A DNA stretch of 43,062 nt from contig JABANN010000282.1 in the NCBI GenBank assembly GCA_013115125.1, forward strand, positions 1 to 43,062, in the 5' to 3' direction. Below, in pieces: positions 12,103-22,843 of the stretch. Each line of letters opens with the position of its first letter. The first letter of the stretch is position 1. The translations under genes were made by a program, and so were the position numbers. Source of the stretch: Perkinsus olseni. Lineage: Eukaryota. The notes under the pieces were generated by a model. That model saw only the letters and a list, made by a program, of their open reading frames with translations. It did no database searches and had not been told where the DNA came from.

Positions 12103-12915
12103 TCACAGTAGAAGGTCCCCAAGGGCCATACTGTAGTCCAAGTGTGTTTGCGCGTACGGATCGCAGACCTCGACTGGCTTCGGTTTCTGTGGAACGTACT
12201 CACGTACACGCCTTCTGTGGCGATGTGACCGACGAGGAGGGCGAGGGTTGGTAGGACGAGGAAATTCCAATTGGCGACCCGTCCCTAGCTCGAAAAGCTT
12301 CGGCCGAAACTCCTCCACGGCGGCGTTCACTGGACTCTCTCGAAGGTGATCTATCTGGGCTTGCAGGCCCTGGTTTTTGGCCGCTTCCACCACCAAAGGA
12401 AGGCAACCGTCAAGGACCAAGTCGTTGAAACCGTCGATCATCTTTTGAGCATGCTCCTGGTCACCGAAGTTGACAAAAGCGAACCCCACAACTTCGTGAG
12501 TTTTGAAGTTCAGCGGCACATAGAGGAAGTCGTAGGAACCCCGGAAGCCTGCCGCGTCAAGCACCCGCTGAAAGTAGTCGAAATTGCAATGAGATTGCAG
12601 ATTGTGTATCATCACCGTCGTGAACTGCTTCTCGTTGCCATCGAGGTGGGAAGAATCATCAGTGGGTGTCTCGTCGTCCTCCGAACCAACCCTGTACGAG
12701 GACCGCCGAGGCTCCCGCTGAAATCTGGTACAGGAAAGACTTCGAGGGCGGCGGCGGAAGGTCGATTGCTCTTCGGGTTCCGGTACGGCGGGCTCGCTCG
12801 GACCACCGAAATGTAAGAAAGTGTTGTAGAGCTGACAGTCCAAGTCACAGTCAACGCTAGATGGGGAACCGCATGATGTTCTAGTTGATGATGATGTTAT
12901 TGAAGGAGAGCACAT
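12103..12915 (-). CDS. Mei2-like RNA-binding protein (RRM_2 / Mei2 C-terminal RRM), intronless, 270 aa
   Basis: TTVMIHNL, GSYDFLYVPLNFK, VGFAFVNF, AKNQGLQAQIDH and FRPKLF match the Mei2 C-terminal RRM pattern (TTLMIKNIP..YDFLYLPIDF..GYAFINF..ARIQG). N-terminus has the NTFLHF motif typical of alveolate Mei2-like proteins. ATG at 12915. Confidence 0.9.
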   Translation of the reverse strand: MCSPSITSSSTRTSCGSPSSVDCDLDCQLYNTFLHFGGPSEPAVPEPEEQSTFRRRPRSLSCTRFQREPRRSSYRVGSEDDETPTDDSSHLDGNEKQFTTVMIHNLQSHCNFDYFQRVLDAAGFRGSYDFLYVPLNFKTHEVVGFAFVNFGDQEHAQKMIDGFNDLVLDGCLPLVVEAAKNQGLQAQIDHLRESPVNAAVEEFRPKLFELGTGRQLEFPRPTNPRPPRRSHRHRRRVREYVPQKPKPVEVCDPYAQTHLDYSMALGDLLL

Positions 12916-13589
12916 AACTTGGGTAAGATAATAAAAGTACTGGAAAACGGCAAAGCAAGTTTACTAATGTACGTTGGTGGACGGGAGGGCTGAGCGGGGA
13001 GAGTACATCGTCGAAAGTGTTATTGAGAAAAAGTCTCGATATTTTCATTACGACGAAAACCGCGGAAAGGACAAAAAATCGAAAACTTTTCAGGAGGCGC
13101 CCGGGTATATTTCTCGTTTGCCCCCACTCACAGTTATTAAGGAATTGGAGCAATCAGAGACAGATGGCGCTCCCAACGCTAACAACAAAATGTAGACAGG
13201 AGTTGCACAAGAATCCTGCACGCATGCACACTTCACGGCGGCAGAAGCAGTTCAAGACCATTGCATGCAGGAAAGGAGTGGTACGGCAAGACTTACATCC
13301 TTATTTGCCGTACCGTCCACCACCACGCCGCCACGGTACCATCGAGCGCGATCGGAATCCAGTCGTTGTGGCGGATGGCAAAATTGTTGAACTCTTTTCT
13401 CATTATTTCAGACGAGCTGTCGCTTGAGATCGTCGGACAGATCTCAGGCAAGCTTTCGTTATTCTTCATACGCCTTGGCAAGGTACATCGGTGACTAAGT
13501 CGGTTCTCGGCGTTCTCGGCTCACGTACCGAGCATACCGGGCGAACAACTTTTTCGCTGAAGCACACTGTAAATCAACAGCCATCCCAT

Positions 13590-16500
13590 TCATGTTGAAA
13601 ATATCCTAGTGTAGTCCTCAGTATCATACTCAACGCCCGTCACCGGACAGCGTATCTTTCTGACATGCTCGTCGCTCCTGGATGATGAGCCACCATTTCC
13701 CTTCGATAAGAGGGACATGCAATGTGACGATAGAACGTGACCAGCCGGACTGGCCAGGGCTTGCTCCTGAGACCAAGACCTCAGCACCCCAGGGCGATGA
13801 CCGGTATAGCGCGTATGCCAGTTCGAAGTGCAGCGCCGTCGCCGGCTTCACCAACCTTGAAGCCGATGTTCTAGCAACGCAACGACAAGCTCTTTATTGT
13901 GTTATGCAGTTGGCCCGAATGCTGCTGTCACATCGAACGGAAGGAGCAGCAACGGAGAAAAATCATCGATGACGGCGCAGTGAGACGACCATGGAAATGA
14001 CCCGATAACCCCTCCCTCACTAGAGGTTCATCCGAGATGCGAAAAAATACTAGTAGAAAAAACTTCCCAATTCGGAAGCCGCAAAATTAATTCTCGTCAT
14101 AAACGGCAGCCCTAACAGGAAACACTCAATATTTTCCAGATGCGTTTCATGAACCCATTGACCACGTTATATAATACCACACCTTCCGCTATTCTCAGTT
14201 GAAAACTGCAGCCCGTGGGATGCAGCTCCCCATGACTTCCATAAACGCGGCTCACCATTATTCGACCGGTGTAAGGGCACACTAGATGACTTCGCAATCT
14301 CGTCGGATGCTCCATCCCCTTCTGAAACCCCCAGGAGTGGCACAGGGGGTCACAGCACGGACACGAAGCGCTGGCGTTACTAGGACAGGTGGGAGTTGCC
14401 AAAGCAAAGACCCCTGCCTGAATGGTTATAATAGCAATGGTAAACACGCGAAGTGACGTTGTTTGCAAGGTGAGAGCGTATAATGTGTTTTTCACTAGTG
14501 TTTTTCACGTCCTGGCTGAAACTCCTATGATAAACACCTTTGGTTTAAATTTCAACTCGAATTGACTTATCGTGAAATTATAATTTTAACCGATGAAGTG
14601 ACGTACGAAGAGCGCAACTCGTTCGACTCAGTGACGCCGATGCAGCGCTATCAGTAGACAATTTGCACAACCAATTACTCTCCAAGGCTTGCCCCCGGAA
14701 AAGGGTCGAATTAAATCCGCCATCCACAACCGAGACCTAGGATGAGCGCTACTTTCTGTGCTCAATAAACCTTCCCGAACTAATCCCTCTCGAATAAACA
14801 CCAAGCCGTTTTCGACGTTGGACTTGCCTCACGCAACCAACTCTGTTCGCATTCAGTGGTCCTACCCGCACCAACCGCTCCAGCATCGATCCATTATCCG
14901 AGACAGCAGCGGAAGATATATCGTCATTATGATAGACGAATCTTGTGTAGTCGTCTAGAAGGTTCGAGGCGGCCTCAAGCCTGACATCGAACTTCGGACG
15001 GGAGCATATCTTTGCGGATCTTTCCTGTGCGGAAAAGTCCTCGGAAGGAAAGAACAACTCGCCCGTAATGCGTGAAGTGCAGTTTTTCGCGAAGTCAAAA
15101 AACACGAAATTCACGAAATAGGTTTTCACTACTTTTTCAATTTCACGCATGAAACTCCGATCCATAACATTCCACTGGCGTGCAGACCCCCAAGCTCATC
15201 ATAGCACGCTGATTCACTGGCGAATCAAAAGCATATCATAATATCTCGGATACGACCTACCTTGCGTCGGACGAGGATCGACCTTGGATACACCAAAATG
15301 CAGCAGTATCATCACCAACGCCATGCTCATGCGCACCACGAATGCCGCAGCTCACCGCTCGACAAGCCACACCCAGACTCGGTCCTGAAATCTTGCAATC
15401 TTGCTGCATCTTGCATAATCTCAACGCTCACGATCGATAAACGATAATCACCTTTCTCACACACTATCGGGGTTCCAAATGGCAATTTCGAAGAACAAAA
15501 CGAAATTCGCTCAACAATGATTTTCACACAAAAAAAATTTCATAATTTTGTGGCGGAAATTGTGTAGCTTCATCAACCACTAACTGCGTTCTAATTAGTC
15601 GAAAGCTCCGGAACAGCCCGCGTCCGTTGCCATACAGGTCCCGCTCGATTGTACTTTTTTATCTTCAATTCTTTCGATTTTTCTTACATAGGGGAAAGTA
15701 TCTTTCCGTGGAAGTCGACTAGAGACGCTATTACCAGCAATATCGCCGTCCTCGGCAGCCTTCCTGATGTACTCCACCGCCCGCTCGAACCTTCCCTCGT
15801 CAGAGCCTTCCATCAACCGAGTGACTTCGTATAAGTGAAGAACCGTCAATAAATCAATCTCGGGCGACTGTTCGTGTTCATCGTTCTCTGCGTGAACCTA
15901 GAGGGGTCTTCGGAAATTCTACACCGCAATATCGTCTTCGCGGGAAAGGTTCGATCTGTTGCGAGGAGCTTTGCCAACCCCAGAGAATACGAAAGACTTG
16001 TGCTTGATAAAACACTGGAGTTTCCTCCGTGATACGTGTGGGGGCGTCTTTTTCGCGATGTGGTACAGTATGCAAAATTTGTTTTTTCATAAATGGAAAT
16101 TTACACATACACAGTATGATAATACATAAACGGAGGAGTTTCACCCGCGATATGAAAAACACTAGTGTAAACAGTTTAACGCCAGAGAAAAAAACACTTC
16201 ACGTATTACGGGTGAAACTCCAGAGTATTTATAAATTAGAATGAGTATTTCCAGTCGATGGAAAAGCAGAAATTCTGTTCGTCCACTGCGATCGCGAAAC
16301 TACGCCACTCACTAGTAGTAACTGTTCCTACAGAAATGATAAAGTCATAGCTTTTATCATAACCACTACTGCCGTCCGCTAGCGATGACCTCGCTCAAGG
16401 TCCCCTCACGAGACGTGGCACCTCGGCAGTCGAGTCCTCCTTCCCCGTCGTTTTGTGCATCTTGTCAATGCGACTTCTGCATGATTCGTACCATTCAATA

Positions 16501-18985
16501 GCGGGAGCCACATCACCGTCTCGCAAGGCTCTCTTAATACCGCGTATCTTTTCATCCACGGCGACGTCGGGATCGAAAGATTCCCTTGCCAAACCTCCCT
16601 GGCCGATAAGGGAATCTAAAAACAGACCAGGGTAAATTCACTGAAGAATTATATTTTCTGGGCTCGAAAATTTCCCACTAAGCGCGGAAAAAATCTGGAT
16701 ATAAGGGATAAATTGAAAAAAGAAGTGCCCAGCAAAATCCTCAGAGAATAGTGAGACAAATAATTCGTCATCCTCAGAAAATTTGTCACAAATTTTCTGG
16801 GACACTAAAATGGAATTTTGCCCAACATCATGTTGCAAAACTAATATACGTTGGAGTAATGCAGCGAGTTGCATAACGTCCCGGGCATCGTACGGTCCAC
16901 CCCTTGACCGGTAAGTGATTCTGAGACTCATAATCGATTCTAGAATTGATTTTCACACGTTCGGTTCGGTCGGTTATGGCACGTTGAACGCCCCTCAGTT
17001 TCGTTCGATCGTTCGTTGAGGAGATGGATCGTTCAAAGTAGTGCCCGAAGCTTAGAAACTCTCTTCAATATGATAATTTCGCTGGTAGCCATTTGCTACG
17101 CGTCCCGAAGGATAGCGAATGATGTAAACATCGTCTTCGATGAGACGATCTTTTCCGACCAAGCCCCCTTGATAATGGCGTACAGAATTTCGGAAAAAAT
17201 TAAACGATCGTAGTATATGAAATTTCCCGAGAATTCTGAGGCGAAAATTTCTGCTGATGAGCAGGAAAATGGAAGTTCGCCGAACTTGATCCAGCGGAGC
17301 TGGGAGCGGATGACGCGAACATCGTCTCCGACGAGACGATCTTGTTGAGTCCCACCTTTGTGTGGGGTCTCCATGAGTTTCTTCAGAGTCCGTGAGAAGC
17401 CGTTCCGCACCAACCACTCCATCAGAAGAAGGGTGTCGGGGTCACCCCAGTCGGCCAGATCATCGGCATCACTGCCTGCTGCGATATTCTCCATTACCGT
17501 CACGCGCCGCTTAATTGTATCAGCTAAACTCGCCTGCAGAACTCCGAAGTGCATCCGACCTCGACGAGCGCATTTCACGAGTATTTGCCCTCCAATACCG
17601 TACCATCGCCAAATTATCCTCATCATGAGGTTTCTAGAGACTCTTGCTTGCGGGAAGTTTCGAAATTGGGCTGAGATCTCGACACGGTGGAATCCACGGG
17701 AAATGACGAAGCTTTCATCTACGATGACACTGCAATTCGCACAGCGAAGAGAATAGATTCCCCGCAGAGCACAGAAAGATACGAACTAGGTTCAGTTGAA
17801 AAATTACCAGAATCGAGAAAATTAACAGAAAAAATGTCCGTGATTAAAATGAAGTGGAAAACTCTCGTCCAGCAACAGCTCGTTGCGCTCATAGGATTAG
17901 TGTATACTGAAACAGCATGAGTATTTCTTAGGAATGAGATAAGGCTACTACTCAGCCCTGGAAGGAATTGTTACTCCGCTGTAATCGACGCCCTCCCACG
18001 CCTATCGCCAAACTCACTTGCTCTCGTTTTTTCTCGCTCACTCGACCTTCGACGATGTCTAATTTTTTCAGTAATTTCTCGACGGTTTCTGCCGGGTTCT
18101 CTGCCGCAGTGACCTGATGTTGACCAGCTTGCTGTTGATTACTCCTCAAAAAATGGAGAAATCTGGCGAATCAGCGAAGGAATGGTAGCGTGAAAGTTGA
18201 ATTGTGTCGATGGGCAACTTGTTTTTACCTCCGTTAAACTGGGGATTTTAGAAGGGACCATCGGTTCACTTTTGTACGTCTTTTGAAAAGACGTACAAAA
18301 AGTCCCGGTCCCTGCGCTCGGGTGTGCGTGAGCGTTCGGATGCACAGCAGAGTAAAATACCGGCACGTCACCCTTCCAATAACCGTAGTTCCCTTGCGAT
18401 AGACTCTTCGAGTCCCACCCTTCACAGCCGGGCGCCGAATTGTGGTACTTCAAAGAAAGGACCATTACGTTACTTTTCTACGTCTCCCTTCTGATGCTAG
18501 AATCCATCTTCGGTAGATAATGCAGTAGAAAATACCGAAAGTATTTTCGGAAGATACTACGATAGGAAGTACTGTTTTCGAAGTATTACTGGCTTGGATA
18601 GTGGCCAGGTAAAATGTGGTTACCCGGCCACTGAGTATGAAATCAGATTCGGGCAGTATCTTATGAAAGGCTGCAGTAGAAGATATTGGCATAGAAAGGT
18701 ACTGGTGTAGAAGTTGTATTAGGATGATTGGGGTCAGGTAAGATGTGCTTACCTTGCCACTGGATATGAAATTATGAATCAGCAACAAGTCTCGCTCAAT
18801 ATCCTTCCGATCACTCCTGAACTTAGCGGACAACACCTCCAAGGGTAGCTGAAAGTATCCCGAGGTTGAGGGAGGAAGATGCGGAATAGGTCAAGATGGA
18901 AACATCTCACCCTCAAGAAAGCTCCTCCACATGTGACTTTCCTCCGTTTACCGCCATCACTTTCGACGGCGGCGGCGCTCATCAT
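13590..18985 (-). CDS. MAEA: MAEA/Gid9/Fyv10-like subunit of the CTLH (GID) E3 ligase (~10-11 exons)
   Basis: Exons 18985-18911, 18848-18753, 18113-18018, 17533-17356, 16615-16422, 15867-15735, 15384-15261, 14980-14866, 14417-14256 and a terminal exon ending 13590. N-terminal FLRLPLEVLSAKFRSDRKDIERD, LisH (LLMEWLVRNGFSRT), CTLH (IKRALRDGDVAPAIEW), AGVFALATPTC..CPCC, SHLVCPYTGRIM..GHVLS..IRCPVTG degenerate RING. The junction before the last exon is uncertain. Confidence 0.85.
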
Positions 18986-19765
18986 AAAAAACAACTAATA
19001 CGTGATTTTTTGGCAGGAACTGCACCAGACTGAAAAGACGATCGCGTTCTCGTTGGTGCGAAGCGGCCGAAAAAAGCAGGGGTCTTCATGAGAGGCTCAT
19101 TGGAGAGTTCATTCGACTGTCTCTGAACTCCAAAACCAACTATGAAATTCCAGAGTCGACTCTGAGTTTCAAAATTGGTTTACTGAACAGAGGAGGCTTC
19201 TCTTTTTCTCTCGGGAACACTATGCTTTCTATGCTCCTTTCTGTGGTTTTCGTGAGGATTTTTCGAAAAGGAGGAACTTCGAACTTGGGAGTCTCGAAGC
19301 CCCTGAAAACTTAAACACAGACCTCGCCTAACCTCAGCCCAAGGCATCGATTTTTCTTCGTAGCCAGAATCGATCACTTCCGGGCATTCAGTAGATTTCT
19401 CAAAATGCTACCAGGATTAAATTTACCGTGTAAAGGTGGATCCTGGGGGCACTCTCGAAACCCAACTCAGGCCTGCTGGACACAGGCTGGTAACCTGTTC
19501 CGGACGCGCATCTTGTGCGTGCGTGCAACACTAGAGGCAGTCCCTTCTCATTGGATACTGGCCTGCTTCGGACGATATTTAAGCTGCTTACCAAGCATTA
19601 GTCATGGTTGTTGGGATTGTACAAGTCGCAGGAATTTAAAGGGTGGGCAGAGCGAGAAACGAACCCTGGACCTCCGTCAAGTCGGCGTCACGCTCATCGC
19701 GCTCGCCTAATTAGTCGCTCTGTCACTTCGTTCGACCTAGGTCACCTTCTTTGCCCCGAATCATT

Positions 19766-21351
19766 ATGGATTCAACAGAACAGAGAAGGTTGGACGACGA
19801 GGAGGAGCTTCTGCGCCACTTCAGCTGTAGTACTCCCTCGGCGTATCTTGCGCACGCGGAAGATTCCCGCCTCTCTCCTCAGTGACTCCTGCAGGGCAGT
19901 CCCTTGGCAGCGCTGAGGAGCCGGAAGTAGCAGCAGCCTCGAGTCTGGATGACCTCCTTTCAACTCACACTCTTCAGAAGTTGCCGACAGCCACCACCTC
20001 CTCGCATAAGGCATTCGAGACGGCCAACGTGCCGGAGGGAGGCGGAGGTGGTGGTGGTGGTCAGAGGTTGCCCTGTCCCAAGGCTCCCAACCCGGACCAT
20101 CAGACGATACTAGAAGCGGTAGGCCCTGCTGTTAGTGCTGTGACGATGGACATGCTGGGGTGGCAGGTGTGGCCGATGGTGATGGATGGTGTTGAGAAAA
20201 AGATGGTACTGATGGAACAGGTAGTTGGGGTGGGGGAAGAGTGACTGAGAAGTCTTCCTGTGTTGGGTAGTCTCGAAGCTTGAAGCCTTGAACGCTTTGA
20301 AAATTGAGGCGTTCAGCGAACCCATTTTGAATCTCAGAATCGATTCTGAAATAGATTTATTCTACGCGAAAATCAATTCTGAGTTTCAGGATAAGACGGG
20401 GTGTTCAATGGACCGCTGCCTTCCTCAGTTTCTAGAGGAGCGCTACCAGGAGCGTCTTTCACACGTTAAACTCGATCCTTGGAGGGCTCTCGAAATCCAA
20501 AAATTCTGAAATTCCGAGTCCCTAGTAAGATACCTGAAGTCTATTGAGGACCCCTAGTTCATGAAGGACCCTCATTGATCCGACTCTCTCGTTGAAGCGA
20601 GCTGAATTCAGTCGCTTCGTCGCTTGGGAAAAATTCGGTAGTTCAGCCCTGAGTATTCGAGATCGCTTGACAGCGAACTTACTGTTGCTATTATCGTGGC
20701 TAAGCTTATTTGTCAGGCGCTGATAAAAAGGCATAACGTGAAGATGATGAACGAGATGCAGGAGGTTGTTAGACAGATAATGACGGCAAAGACGAGGAAT
20801 GAAGAGGTGCCGGGATCGAACCGTGGACCTTTCGCTTACGAAAATACGGTCGAGTGTAGATTTTACTCGCCTATAATACTCGCTTGGGAGAGATTACTCG
20901 AGCTTTGACGGACTTGGCCGAGAAGCAGAGCTCGTCCAAGGAGGTTGACGATGTTAAGCGACAAATCAACCAGCTAAGGCAGCTATTGAACATCAGGTGA
21001 GAGGTCCCGGGTACGATTCCTTGTCGAGGCATTTCTCTCTCAGATGCGGTCAGACGACTGAACAGGTGGCTCAACTGAAGCAGTCGGTGATAATAACTCT
21101 TCAAAGAGAGAGGACCGAAATGCAGCAAAGGTCCGTTCCCTCGTCTCACTCGGATTGACGTATGCTGGCTCAGAATTTCGCAGTTGTTGCGCAACGACCT
21201 GACCATGGTCATACACCAATGTGATCGTCGAATGAAGGAAGGACACGCTCAGGTGGGGAGATCCATGAATGATTTATTTATTTATCATTGTAGAAGTGTT
21301 GTGGCATGAGTTTTCGTGAGCAGGATCCTTACAGCCCCTTGGTTCGGAAGA
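19766..21351 (+). CDS. Hypothetical coiled-coil protein (multi-exon; ends uncertain, may be the 5' part of the downstream CCCH gene)
   Basis: Phase-consistent GT-AG joins: MDSTEQRRLDDEEELLRHFSW|QSLGSAEE..MLGWQ|DKTGC..RLSH|ALIKRHNVKMMNEMQEVV..NEE|ILLAYNTRLGEITRALTDLAEKQ..QLRQLLNIR|CGQTTEQVAQLKQ..|ISQLLRNDL..HAQ|KCCG. No family recognised. Confidence 0.55.
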
Positions 21352-21604
21352 TGGTAGCGATGGTGTCGTCGCGAGGATGGTCCGAAGTTCCGGGGTGTCG
21401 TTAGCAGATAGTTGGCACCATCGATGTTATGTTGTTCATGAAAGCATACTGGATTAAATAACGTGAAGACTTTTCGAATTGACGAAGATTGGAAATAATC
21501 GCTGCATCGCAAGAACTCTGTTTTACAGTGAGCAGCAGGTGGACTAGGATCGTTTCCTGTTATCAGACCCTCGCCCTGAAGAAGGTGCTCAGGCAACTTT
21601 GTAG

Positions 21605-21758
21605 TATAATCGACGGTGGAGAGGCCCTTGTGACGGAGGTAGTAGCGTCGAAGACACTGCTCTTGCGGATTTACGGCGTCATCAGCTTCCTGACGACGAA
21701 GGCCCATCGCCAGCCTTGGAGGCGAGTAAGATCTTGAATGGCAACCCTCGTTTGACAA

Positions 21759-21793
<35 letters not shown>

Positions 21794-22792
21794 AATGCTT
21801 CGGGGTTGACTGCGGCCGGTTTTCCGCGACAGCAGCCGCAACAGCAGACGCAGCAACAGACGGTAAGGGACTGTGGCATCGTCGTACGTTGAAGTAGGGC
21901 AGTGGTAGAGCAAGTATCTGTCTCGCGAAAGGTCGTGAGTTCCATTACCTGATGGGTATTATCGTCACTTTTCCACATTTTTCCAACTATCACCGTCATA
22001 TAGAAATCCATTTTCCCTTCATGTTTTTGTTTTCGACTCTCCTTTACTGTGTTCAGATCAGCCCTAGCGTCCAAGGCTTCAATCGCCCGCAGGCCTCAGC
22101 TACCACGCCTGCCACACCCACTAGCAACAACAATACCACTCCAATCGCTACTAATGCTGCATCAGTAGGCTGGAAGCGCTCTCTATGAATATGAGTCGCC
22201 ATTGTTAATCGTGCTTGGAGATTTTGCTTCATAACTGAGTGCTGTCTCCCGAGAGTGTTGGTAGCAACGATCGCCTGTTGAGCTTACGCCTGTGAAGTAA
22301 GCTTTCCCTTTGATTTTATATTGGCTAGTGCTGTTGTAAGAATGGTGCTCGTTCTGTTCGTTCCTTGTTCGTGCTCTCGGGTGGAAGGGGAACGATCGCT
22401 GTTGGTGGTTTTAGGGGAGCGCGGCACAGCAGGCGGCCTTGACGAAGAGGATCGCCGAGCTAATTAAGCGTCAGAGTGGGTTTGACGATACGGCTGAGTT
22501 AAGAGGCGGAGCGAAGTTTTTTAGGTGGCAATGTATCGTCTCAGTCGGCCATTGCGCAGCTGTTGGCTCACTTGCCGCAGCAACAGCAGCAACAACTTCA
22601 ACAGCTTCTGCAACAGCAGCAGCAGAAAAGTTACGGTGCGGGGACGACGACGCAGCAGGTAGAGGTCGTGTAGGGAGATCGCAGTTCATTCATCATTGTC
22701 TTAGCAATCGGTGATGCGAGCCATGAACGCCACGGCGGCAGCAGCACAACAACGTCAGCAACAGCAGCAGCAGCAGCAGCAGCGGTCTTTTG

Positions 22793-22843
<51 letters not shown>

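Noticed and set aside
18465..18497. Intronic peptide echo ASEGRRRKVT of MAEA exon 1 (SDGGKRRKVT)
   Set aside because: Short, with weak nucleotide similarity and no convincing splice context or start codon; probably chance.
21682..22074. Minus-strand poly-Pro/poly-Ala ORFs
   Set aside because: These are antisense shadows of the plus-strand poly-Gly/Gln exon, which has proper splice sites.
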